Shown: positions 16,180 through 25,538 of the stretch, piece by piece
Layout of the letters: the number at the start of each line of letters is the position of its first letter
Numbering within the stretch: the first letter of the stretch is position 1
NCBI GenBank assembly: GCA_036001645.1
Contig: DASYUC010000080.1
Coordinates: 9,348 to 73,347, forward strand
Origin: Candidatus Limnocylindria bacterium
GTDB taxonomy: Bacteria; Chloroflexota; Limnocylindria; P2-11E
Reading direction: 5' to 3'
DNA: 64,000 nt
Translations under genes and position numbers: made by a program
The notes under the pieces: model-generated
Seen by the model: only the letters and a program-made list of their open reading frames with translations
What the model was told of the DNA's origin: nothing
Database searches by the model: none

Positions 16180-18681
16180 TCAAGCCTCCACCTGCGCGCC
16201 CGCGCCTGCAAGCGGGAGCACGACATGGAACACCGAGCCGCGGCCCAGCTCGCTCTCTGCCCACACCTTACCGCCGTGGAGCTGCACGATCTGTCGGACG
16301 ATGGGCAGGCCGAGGCCGGTGCCCTGGATGTCCTTCGTGGCCAGCGAGTCGACGCGCGAGTAGCGCTCGAAGATCGTCTCGAGGGCGTCCGGCGGGATGC
16401 CGAGACCCTCGTCGCGCACGTCCAAACGAAGCTCGTCACCGTCGGCCCGCGTCGTCACGGTGATGCGGCCGCCGGTCGGTGAGTACTTCACCGCGTTGTT
16501 GAGGAGGTTGGACGCGACCTGCGTCAGGCGGTCGCGGTCGGCGAGGATCGGTGGCAGGTCCGTCTGCAGATCGAGCGTCAGGGTGTGGTTCGGCGCGTTG
16601 GGGCGGACGCGATCCGCGACGTCACCGATGACCGCGTTGAGATCCATCCGCTCGGGATGGATCGTCATTCGCCCCGACTCCATCCGATCGAGGTCGAGCA
16701 TCTCGTTGATCATTCGATTCAGGCGCTGCGCGTCCTTGTTGATGTCCCCCGCGTACTCGCGCATCTCGTCGAGCGTGAGCTCCTCGTCCCGCATCATCTC
16801 GCTGAAGCCCTGGATGCCGGTGAGTGGCGTGCGGAACTCGTGGCTGACGATGGAGACGAATTCGCTCTTCGCCCGGTTGAGGCGCTCCAGCTGCTCGACC
16901 GCGTGACGCTGGCGGCCGAAGGCCTCGACGGTGGTGAGGGCGGCGGCGACCTGGTCGGCGAACAACGCGAGCATCCGAGCGTCGTCCTCCGTGTACCTCA
17001 CCGTCGGTTCGTACGAGCGGACGCCGAGCGCTCCGAGTGCACGACCACTCCGCACGAGCGGCACCGCGATGCAGGCTCGAAGGCCGGTCTCCTGACCGAC
17101 GGCGGTGCGACCCTCCCAGGTCTGGTAGTCCTCGATGATCAGCGGCTCGCGGCTCACGAACACGCGGCCGACGACCCCCTCGTCCGGCCGCAGCACGGGG
17201 TCGTCTGCCATACGGCCGGCGGTATCGAAATTCTCCGCCAGCCGCAGCACACCCGCCTCCTCGTCCCAGGTGTAGAGCGAGGCGCTGCCCTGTCCGAGCA
17301 GCTGCACCGCGCTGCGCAGGATCATGTCGAACACCTCGTGCGGGTCGGTGCGCGCGCCGAGCGTGGCCGCAGCGCGCTGCAGTGCGATGAGCCGCTCGTT
17401 CTCGCCCTTGCGTGCCTGGAACAATCGCGCGGTCTCGATCGCGACCCGCAGCTCGCGCGCGACCGCCTCGACGAGGCGCACCTCGTCGGTGGTCCAGTCG
17501 CGCGGCTCGTTCGTCTGGCCGAGCGACAGCGTCCCCGCGAGCTCACCCGCGACGAGGATCGGTGTCGCGACGACGGAGCGCACGCCACCGGGCAGATCGC
17601 CCGACTCCAGGCGAGCGTCGGCCAGGACGTCGCGGACGACCGCGGTGCGACTTGTCTCCGCCGCAAGGCGCGCGACCGGCAGCGTTCGCTGGTCGCCACC
17701 CTGTCGCGCCACGCCCGGCGCGATCCATTCATACGTGATGCGCAGCGCGTCCGGCGTCGATCCGGTCGTCGCGACGACCCGGTCCACGCGCAGCGCGCGC
17801 CCGAGCTCCTCGACGGTTCCGCGCAGGACCTCATCCGGATCGAGCGATGCGCGCGCGCGTCGCGCGATGCGGCTCACGAGCTCTTCGCGATCAGCGCGCG
17901 ACTGCGCCTCCGTGAGTGACATCGAGGTGCGGATCGCGCCCGCGACGAATTGGCCGAGCACGAGGACAAGCTGCAGCCGGTCGGCCGTGATCGCGCCGGC
18001 CTTCTCCGCGCCGGCGATGACCGCACCCACCAGGCGGTCCTGCGAGACCAGTGGCAGCGCGGCGAACGAGTGGATCCAGTTCGCGTTCGGCAGGTCACGC
18101 GCGAGCAGCCGCCACTGCTCTCCGCCGCCCGTCGTGTCCGGAAGCACCAGCGACTGGCGATGGTCGAAGACGCGTGTGCGGATCGCCGCCGGGAGCCCCG
18201 ACGCCGAGTACGCCTTGTCAAGGAGCGCTCCGGTGCGCGGCCCTTCCTCGGCGACGAGGCGGAACGCTTCGGCGACGTCGTCGTGTACCAGGAGGCCCAG
18301 CGTGACGCTCGCATCGAGCCCGCGTCTCGCGCTCCGCAGGTACTCGCGGGAGATCTCCGCGAGGTCGAGCGAGCCGGAGAGCGCCTGGCTCAGCGCGAAG
18401 ATCGAGCCGATCTCGGCGTCGCGGACGGCGCTGTCCCCACGCGCCCCTTCGAGGGCCGTCGAGAGCCGATACAGCACCGTCCCGGCGATGACGCTGATCC
18501 CGAGCCAGACGATGAACGACACGGCATCGATCGAGCTGATGAGGGCCTCGGGATCGGGGATGCTGAGCCCGACCCTGCCCAGCTCGATGCCGTAGACGGC
18601 GTGGACGGCGAGGAACACGACCGCGGCGTAGATCGTCGAGGCCGCGATGTAAAAACGCAGCGATCGTGGGAACCGACGCAT
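16180..18681 (-). CDS. Membrane sensor histidine kinase with three GAF-like domains, HisKA and HATPase_c
   Basis: ATG 18681 is preceded by GAGGAAGGGGCGAGG. There are two N-terminal TM segments. H-box: EFVSIVSHEFRTPLTGI. N-box: NLLNNAVKY. G-boxes: DEGLGIP, GTGLGLPIV. Confidence 0.9.
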   Translation of the reverse strand: MRRFPRSLRFYIAASTIYAAVVFLAVHAVYGIELGRVGLSIPDPEALISSIDAVSFIVWLGISVIAGTVLYRLSTALEGARGDSAVRDAEIGSIFALSQALSGSLDLAEISREYLRSARRGLDASVTLGLLVHDDVAEAFRLVAEEGPRTGALLDKAYSASGLPAAIRTRVFDHRQSLVLPDTTGGGEQWRLLARDLPNANWIHSFAALPLVSQDRLVGAVIAGAEKAGAITADRLQLVLVLGQFVAGAIRTSMSLTEAQSRADREELVSRIARRARASLDPDEVLRGTVEELGRALRVDRVVATTGSTPDALRITYEWIAPGVARQGGDQRTLPVARLAAETSRTAVVRDVLADARLESGDLPGGVRSVVATPILVAGELAGTLSLGQTNEPRDWTTDEVRLVEAVARELRVAIETARLFQARKGENERLIALQRAAATLGARTDPHEVFDMILRSAVQLLGQGSASLYTWDEEAGVLRLAENFDTAGRMADDPVLRPDEGVVGRVFVSREPLIIEDYQTWEGRTAVGQETGLRACIAVPLVRSGRALGALGVRSYEPTVRYTEDDARMLALFADQVAAALTTVEAFGRQRHAVEQLERLNRAKSEFVSIVSHEFRTPLTGIQGFSEMMRDEELTLDEMREYAGDINKDAQRLNRMINEMLDLDRMESGRMTIHPERMDLNAVIGDVADRVRPNAPNHTLTLDLQTDLPPILADRDRLTQVASNLLNNAVKYSPTGGRITVTTRADGDELRLDVRDEGLGIPPDALETIFERYSRVDSLATKDIQGTGLGLPIVRQIVQLHGGKVWAESELGRGSVFHVVLPLAGAGAQVEA

Positions 18682-18790
18682 CCTCGCCCCTTCCTCGGTG
18701 GGAACTTTAACGGCCCCGACACCTCTGGGACCCCCTTGACACGGCGAGTGGTGGGTACACTGGGGAACAAGACTGCGCGAGGAGGATGAC

Positions 18791-19462
18791 GTGCCGGCGA
18801 TGAATTTCGTGCCGATGGTCATCGAGCAATCCGGGCGAGGCGAGCGCGCCTACGACATCTTCTCGCGCCTGCTCAAGGAACGGATCATCTTCATCGGGGA
18901 CGCCGTCGAGGACACGATGGCGAACCTCATCATCGCCCAGCTGCTGTTCCTCGAGTCGGAGGATCCCGAGCGCGACATCTACCTGTACGTCAACTCGCCC
19001 GGGGGCGTCGTGACCGCCGGGCTCGCGATCTACGACACGATGCAGTACCTCAAGGCCCCGGTGAGCACCATCTGCGTCGGCCAGGCGGCGTCGATGGCCG
19101 CGGTGCTCGTCTCGGCGGGAGCGAAGGGCAAGCGTTACGCGCTGCCGAACTCGCGGATCATGATCCACCAGGGCTCCGGCGGATTCCGCGGCAACACGCC
19201 CGACGTCCTCATCCAGGTGAAGGAGCTCGAGACGCTCGTCGACAAGCTCACGCGGATCCTCGCGCATCACACCGGTCAGGACGTCGAGAAGGTCCGCCGC
19301 GACTCGGAGCGCGACCGCTTCATGAGCGCGGAGGAGGCGAAGGCCTACGGCATCATCGACGAGATCTTCGTCGGCAAGGATTCGCTGATCTCCATCGCCA
19401 AGCAGGCCGAGGAGAAGGAGCACAAGGAACCCAAGGAGCGCGTCCCGGTGGCGGCCCGCTAG
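18791..19462 (+). CDS. clpP: ATP-dependent Clp protease proteolytic subunit
   Basis: GTG 18791 is preceded by GGAGGA. Motifs: [50 protein letters not shown]. It carries a charged C-terminal extension. Confidence 0.95.
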   Translation: MPAMNFVPMVIEQSGRGERAYDIFSRLLKERIIFIGDAVEDTMANLIIAQLLFLESEDPERDIYLYVNSPGGVVTAGLAIYDTMQYLKAPVSTICVGQAASMAAVLVSAGAKGKRYALPNSRIMIHQGSGGFRGNTPDVLIQVKELETLVDKLTRILAHHTGQDVEKVRRDSERDRFMSAEEAKAYGIIDEIFVGKDSLISIAKQAEEKEHKEPKERVPVAAR

Positions 19463-19465
19463 GCG

Positions 19466-20737
<1,272 letters not shown>

Positions 20738-20753
20738 CCTCGCTTCTGTACTG

Positions 20754-21116
20754 ATGCCAAAGCTGTATTACGCCAGTCCGCGAGACCTGCCGCTCATCGA
20801 GCCCGCGCCCGGCCTGAGGGGCCGCGTCGTGCAGGCCGACCACGCGACGATGGTCGTCTACGACCTCGCGCCCAAGACGATCGTCGAGTCCCACAAGCAC
20901 GAGATGGAGCAGTTCGGCGTCGTCGTGAAGGGCAGCCTCGCGATGATCATCGCCGGCGAGCAGCGCATCCTCACACCGGGCGACACGTATCGCATCCCGC
21001 CCGGCGCGGCGCATGGCGCGCGCGTCTTCGAGGAGCCGACGCAGGTCATCGACGTCTGGGCGCCGCAGCGGACGGACTTGCTGAAGCCCGCGGCCGCGGA
21101 CAAGAACTCTACGTAG
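20754..21116 (+). CDS. Cupin domain protein
   Basis: In-frame ATG 20754 (MPKLYYASP). Cupin motifs: [35 protein letters not shown]. Confidence 0.75.
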   Translation: MPKLYYASPRDLPLIEPAPGLRGRVVQADHATMVVYDLAPKTIVESHKHEMEQFGVVVKGSLAMIIAGEQRILTPGDTYRIPPGAAHGARVFEEPTQVIDVWAPQRTDLLKPAAADKNST

Positions 21117-21162
21117 CGCGGGCGGTCCGTAGAGGCGGCACCGCACGGAGAGCAAAGTACCC

Positions 21163-22362
21163 TTGCGCCGGATGAGCAGTGAGCGCCGTGCCGAGCTCGC
21201 GTACTGGGCGGCGGTCGCCATCGGCGTCGTGTTCATCGTCTTCGGCGGGCCGCTCGCGCGCAGGCTCGAGCTCGTTCATATGAACGACTTCTCCGGCGTG
21301 TGGTCGGGCGCGCGCGCCATCGTCCTCGGCGTGAATCCCTGGGACCCGGCGCTCTACTACGGCCTCGCCGTGGATGTCGGCACGAAGACGCCCGACGCGC
21401 TCGTCTACGACTACATGCCGTGGGTCGCGTTCGCCGTCGCGCCGCTCGCGATGGTCCCGCTCGAGGTCGCGGGGTGGATCTGGATGCTGCTAAGCATGAC
21501 CTGCGCCGCGCTGGCGCTGCGTGGAATGCTGCGCGCGTTCGTCCCCGCGCGTCCGGTGATGCACGGAGCGTTCGGCCTCGCGCTCTTCCTCAGCCAGCCG
21601 TCGTTCCACGCCATCGTGCTGGGCCAGTGGAGCCTGCTGCTGATGTCCGCGGTCGCGGGGACCGTGCTCGCGCTACGTGCAGCGCGTCCGCTGCTCGCGA
21701 CACTGCCGTCGCTGCTGTTCCTCGCGAAGCCGCAGCTGGTGGTCTTCACCGCGATCGGATTCGCCTACGGCGCGATCCGCGAAAGGGTGTTCCGTCGCTA
21801 TGTGATCTTCGGACTGCTGGTCGCGGGCGCGATCGTCATCATCGCGTGGCTCGCGGCGCCGCCGGACTGGTTCGCGAACTGGCTCGAGGACGTCCCGCCG
21901 CGGCGCACGGTCCGCTCGGCCGTGCTGCCGTCGGTGCTGAACCAGCTCATCGGTCCGAGCGGTCGGTTCGTCGCGTACGCGCTCATCGGTGTCGGCGCGC
22001 TGCTGGCCGCGCGCTTCCGTCCCGGTAGCGACGCGTCGCTGGCCGCGTGGATCACGCTGTCGAACGCTGGCGCGATCTACAGCTGGTCGTACGACCAGGT
22101 GCTGCTGTTCGTGCCCGCCGTGATCACCGCCGGGATCCTCGCGCGCCGATCCGAGCGCGCGGGCCGGCGCTTCGCGCTCGCGGCCGCCGGCACGCTGCTC
22201 ATCGTGTCACCGGTGCTGTATGGGATCGCGGTGCTGCGACACGACGAGACGTTCAGCGTGCTCGTGCCGATCGGCTTCTTCATCGCGATCATCCTGCTGC
22301 TTTGGCGTGAGCCCGCGGGGGAGAAGACCGCCGTGGCCCGTTTGCGGGAAGCCACCGCGTGA
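21163..22362 (+). CDS. Polytopic membrane protein, GT87/DUF2029-like (GT-C fold glycosyltransferase candidate)
   Basis: 399 aa with about 10 hydrophobic segments. The N-terminal loop NDFSGVWSGARAIVLGVNPWDPALYY...YDYMPW resembles the DUF2029 signature. Confidence 0.6.
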   Translation: MRRMSSERRAELAYWAAVAIGVVFIVFGGPLARRLELVHMNDFSGVWSGARAIVLGVNPWDPALYYGLAVDVGTKTPDALVYDYMPWVAFAVAPLAMVPLEVAGWIWMLLSMTCAALALRGMLRAFVPARPVMHGAFGLALFLSQPSFHAIVLGQWSLLLMSAVAGTVLALRAARPLLATLPSLLFLAKPQLVVFTAIGFAYGAIRERVFRRYVIFGLLVAGAIVIIAWLAAPPDWFANWLEDVPPRRTVRSAVLPSVLNQLIGPSGRFVAYALIGVGALLAARFRPGSDASLAAWITLSNAGAIYSWSYDQVLLFVPAVITAGILARRSERAGRRFALAAAGTLLIVSPVLYGIAVLRHDETFSVLVPIGFFIAIILLLWREPAGEKTAVARLREATA

Positions 22363-22901
22363 CGCCACTCGACCGCATCATCCAGCGGCTCCGGATCCGC
22401 AAGGCGCTGCCTCACATTCCGGGCGGCGGGCGGCTGCTCGACGTCGGTTGCGCGGACGGCTCGCTCATGCGCGCCGCAGCCGGTCGCGTTCGCGACGCGG
22501 TCGGAATCGATCCGGATGCGCCCGCCGGCCCAGGACTCGTGCGTGGCAGCTTTCCGCGCGACCTGACCGACCGCGGGCCCTACGACGTCATCGCGCTCCT
22601 CGCCGTCTTCGAGCACGTCCCGGACGACGAGCGGCCCGCGTTCGTCGCGGCGTGCCGCGAGCTGCTGCGTCCTGGCGGTCGTGTGGTCATGACGGTCCCG
22701 GCGCCGCTGGTCGATCGCATCGTCGACACGCTGCGGCGCGTGCGCCTGCTGCACGGGATGGACATCGAGGCGCATCACGGGTATCGGCCTGAAGAAACAC
22801 CAACGTACTTCGCCGCGGCGGGGATGCGCCTCAGGACACACGAGCGCTTCGAGCTCGGGTTGAATCATCTCTTCGTGTTCGAGCTGCCCACCGGGCCGTA
22901 G
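22359..22901 (+). CDS. Class I SAM-dependent methyltransferase
   Basis: GTG 22359 overlaps the previous stop (GTGA). Motif I: GGRLLDVGCADGSLM. Also VIALLAVFEHV and GGRVVMTVP. Confidence 0.8.
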   Translation: MTPLDRIIQRLRIRKALPHIPGGGRLLDVGCADGSLMRAAAGRVRDAVGIDPDAPAGPGLVRGSFPRDLTDRGPYDVIALLAVFEHVPDDERPAFVAACRELLRPGGRVVMTVPAPLVDRIVDTLRRVRLLHGMDIEAHHGYRPEETPTYFAAAGMRLRTHERFELGLNHLFVFELPTGP

Positions 22902-22913
22902 CTGGGGGTCGAG

Positions 22914-24329
22914 TCAGCGCGGTTCGAGGTCATACGCGACCAGCGCCGAACCCGCGTCGATGTCGCCCCACAGGACGGGATCGCCGCTGTTGAAGTGCAT
23001 CGCGAAGTCCGTGGTCGACGACCGGATAGCGCCGAACACGACGATGGTGGTGGCCGACGAGATGCGCACCTCCTTCACGGCGCGCGACAGCACCTCGGGG
23101 TCGTCTCCGTAGAAGAGCACGCGGTACTCCGGCAGGTAGTAGCGCGCCGTGAGGTACTCCGACTGCGCGAGGATCGTCGTGGACGCGGGCGCCAAGCGCT
23201 CGCGTACGAATGTGACTCGCGAGTGGAGCGAGACATCGTGCCGCGTGATCGCGCTCTGCGAGAACGGCGTGTCGGCGAGCACGAACGCTGCGACATTGAG
23301 CGCGACGAGCAATGCGACGAAGGCGAGGACCGCGCGGGGCGCCCTCGCGGCGATGGGTGCGATCAGCGCCGCGCCCGCGACGTACAGACCCGGTAACACC
23401 GACATGAGATACCCAGGGTCGCCGATGTGGATCGTCACATACACGAGCGCGGCGGGAATGAGCCAGAGGGCAAAGAACGCAGCCTCGCCGGAGAGGCGCC
23501 GCCGCGCGAGCAGCGCCGCGACCATCGCGGCGAGCAGCAGTAGCGCAAACCCAAGCAGTCCCCACCACAGCGCATAAACGGTGAGCAGCGTGTTGCGGAG
23601 CAATGCGTCGCCGCCAGCGGCGGGCGAGAGCTCGCTCACGCGTGCGGCCTGCCCGCCGAGGCTCGCGAGGTACGCCGTGAGTCCGCCCGAGAGCGCCGCG
23701 CTCGGGGCGAACCACGCGAGCGCCGCCACGCCGACAGCGGCGACGCACATGCCGCGCTCGCGCCACGAGCGAGCCGCGAGCATCCACAGCCACAGCGGAC
23801 CCAGCAGCAGCAGCAGGTCCTGGCGGAAACCCGCCGCCAGACCGAACGCCGCGGAGGCGATGAGCGCGGCAGGCCAGGGTCGTGCGCGTGCGTCACGCAA
23901 TGAGACGGCCAGGACCAGGCTGAGCAGCCCGAGCAATGCATACGGCATCGCGACCTCGCTGTAGGTCCAGACAAGTGGGGCGGACGCCGCGCCGAGCGCG
24001 ATGAGGGCCGAGACCGCGCGTGCCGCGAATCTGCGGCAGAGGAGGTAGACGGCGGCCGCCGTCAGCGCCGAGGCGAGCACGCTGACGATGACGAGCGCGG
24101 CGTTGCTGTCGCCCGTCAGTAGCCGCAGCCCCGCGGCGATCACGACGTAGAAGATGTATCCCGGCGGATGCGGACGCTGGTCCGCCAGATCCGCACCGAC
24201 GTGGAAGCCCTGCTCGATAGCGCGCGCGTAGAGAACGGAGTCCCACGCCCACAGCGTGTGCGCGACGAAGGGTAGGCGCACGATGAGCACCAGCGCCGCG
24301 AGCGCCGCCGCGACCTTGCGATCGCTCAT
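22914..24329 (-). CDS. Polytopic membrane protein, GT39/GT83 (PMT_2/ArnT)-like GT-C glycosyltransferase candidate
   Basis: 471 aa. N-terminal loop WDSVLYARAIEQGFHVGADLADQRPHPPGYIFY, many TM segments and a soluble C-terminal domain. The start overlaps the upstream stop by 4 nt. Confidence 0.65.
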   Translation of the reverse strand: MSDRKVAAALAALVLIVRLPFVAHTLWAWDSVLYARAIEQGFHVGADLADQRPHPPGYIFYVVIAAGLRLLTGDSNAALVIVSVLASALTAAAVYLLCRRFAARAVSALIALGAASAPLVWTYSEVAMPYALLGLLSLVLAVSLRDARARPWPAALIASAAFGLAAGFRQDLLLLLGPLWLWMLAARSWRERGMCVAAVGVAALAWFAPSAALSGGLTAYLASLGGQAARVSELSPAAGGDALLRNTLLTVYALWWGLLGFALLLLAAMVAALLARRRLSGEAAFFALWLIPAALVYVTIHIGDPGYLMSVLPGLYVAGAALIAPIAARAPRAVLAFVALLVALNVAAFVLADTPFSQSAITRHDVSLHSRVTFVRERLAPASTTILAQSEYLTARYYLPEYRVLFYGDDPEVLSRAVKEVRISSATTIVVFGAIRSSTTDFAMHFNSGDPVLWGDIDAGSALVAYDLEPR

Positions 24330-25495
24330 GCCGCGACGCGCGCGGCGACGCTCTCCGGGATGTCGCGCGAACGGACCGGGACGAGCACCGCGAGCGCGAC
24401 GGCGAGCAGCACGAGCAGCCCCAGGAAGTGCGCGCCGATCGGCACGAGGTCGTTGCGCTCGCCGACGATCTGAAGCAGCAGCCAGCTGAGAGCGAGCGCC
24501 GCGACGAGGGCGCCGCGCGTCGCTGCGCGCGGGACAAGGAGCGCTCGATGGAATGTGCTCGCCATCAGCGGAAGCGCGGTGCAGAGGTAGGGGAACCAGA
24601 GCAGACCGAAGGAGGCGAGGTACGGAGCGAAGGCGAGCGCGAGATGGTGAAGATGCGTTTCGTCGCGCGCGCCGCGGCGGGCGGCGAGGCCGCCGAGCGT
24701 CGCGGTCCCCAGCGCGGCGACCGGCAGGAGCCAGCGTCCGATCGGCGATCCAAGGAGCGCGGCGACCTCAGCGGGCGGCGTGCTCGCGATGAGATCCGCG
24801 GCCCAGTGGCTGTCCTTCAGCGCGATGAGCAGCGCGACGTAGGCCGGGAAGTCGCGCGCGAACACGAGCGCGGTGACGACGAGGCCCACGAGGCCGACCA
24901 CCAGCGTCCACGCGACGACACGACCGCGGCCCGACGCGAGATAGAAGAGGACGAGCGTGAGGGGCAGGAGCTTGAGACCGATGGCGATCGCGAGGATCGT
25001 CCCCGCGGCAGCCGATCGCTGACGTAGGGACCACGCGAGGAGGCAGAGCGCGACCGTGACGAGATTGAGATTGCCGAGCGCGATCTCGAGGATCGTGGGA
25101 AGGAAGAGCACGAACGCCGCTGCCGCCCACGGACGGGCATCGCGTGGCAGCGGACGGATGAGGTGCACCGCGATCGCGGCCGCGATGGCGGCGTTGACGG
25201 CGATCCACAGCGCCGTCGCCAGCCAGAACGGCAGCGGCGCGAGGAGCATGAACGGCACCGCCGCGGGCGGGGCGTAGTGGTACTCGCCGAACGGTCCGAA
25301 CGGCACCTCCGGCTGTGCGGCGTAGAGCGGCTCGCCCGCGAGGAGATGCCGGGCGGCGAGCACGTAGGCCCAGAGGTCGTAGCCGTACGGCTGTTTGGCG
25401 ATGAAGATCCCGAGCCCGGCGAGCCCGGCGAGCACCATCACCACGACGCCGGCGGCCCACACCAGACGCGGGCGACGGGCGGCCTCGGCCTTCAC
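24326..25495 (-). CDS. Polytopic membrane protein, GT87/DUF2029-like
   Basis: Signature: YGYDLWAYVLAARHLLAGEPLYAAQ...FGEYHYAPPAAVPF. The track ORF to 25705 overlaps the divergent gene. GTG 25495 is chosen as the start, which is uncertain. Confidence 0.65.
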   Translation of the reverse strand: MKAEAARRPRLVWAAGVVVMVLAGLAGLGIFIAKQPYGYDLWAYVLAARHLLAGEPLYAAQPEVPFGPFGEYHYAPPAAVPFMLLAPLPFWLATALWIAVNAAIAAAIAVHLIRPLPRDARPWAAAAFVLFLPTILEIALGNLNLVTVALCLLAWSLRQRSAAAGTILAIAIGLKLLPLTLVLFYLASGRGRVVAWTLVVGLVGLVVTALVFARDFPAYVALLIALKDSHWAADLIASTPPAEVAALLGSPIGRWLLPVAALGTATLGGLAARRGARDETHLHHLALAFAPYLASFGLLWFPYLCTALPLMASTFHRALLVPRAATRGALVAALALSWLLLQIVGERNDLVPIGAHFLGLLVLLAVALAVLVPVRSRDIPESVAARVAA

Positions 25496-25538
25496 GCCCT
25501 GCGAGTCTATGGGCGCCCCTTGATAGCCTCCGCACCGA

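Noticed and set aside
18736-18761. Putative clpP promoter: TTGACA (18736-18741) with TACACT (18756-18761).
   Set aside because: The spacer is only 14 nt, too short for a sigma-70-type -35/-10 pair. TACACT alone may be a -10 element, but I cannot support a promoter call without TSS data. No CIRCE or ClgR-like operator was recognisable.
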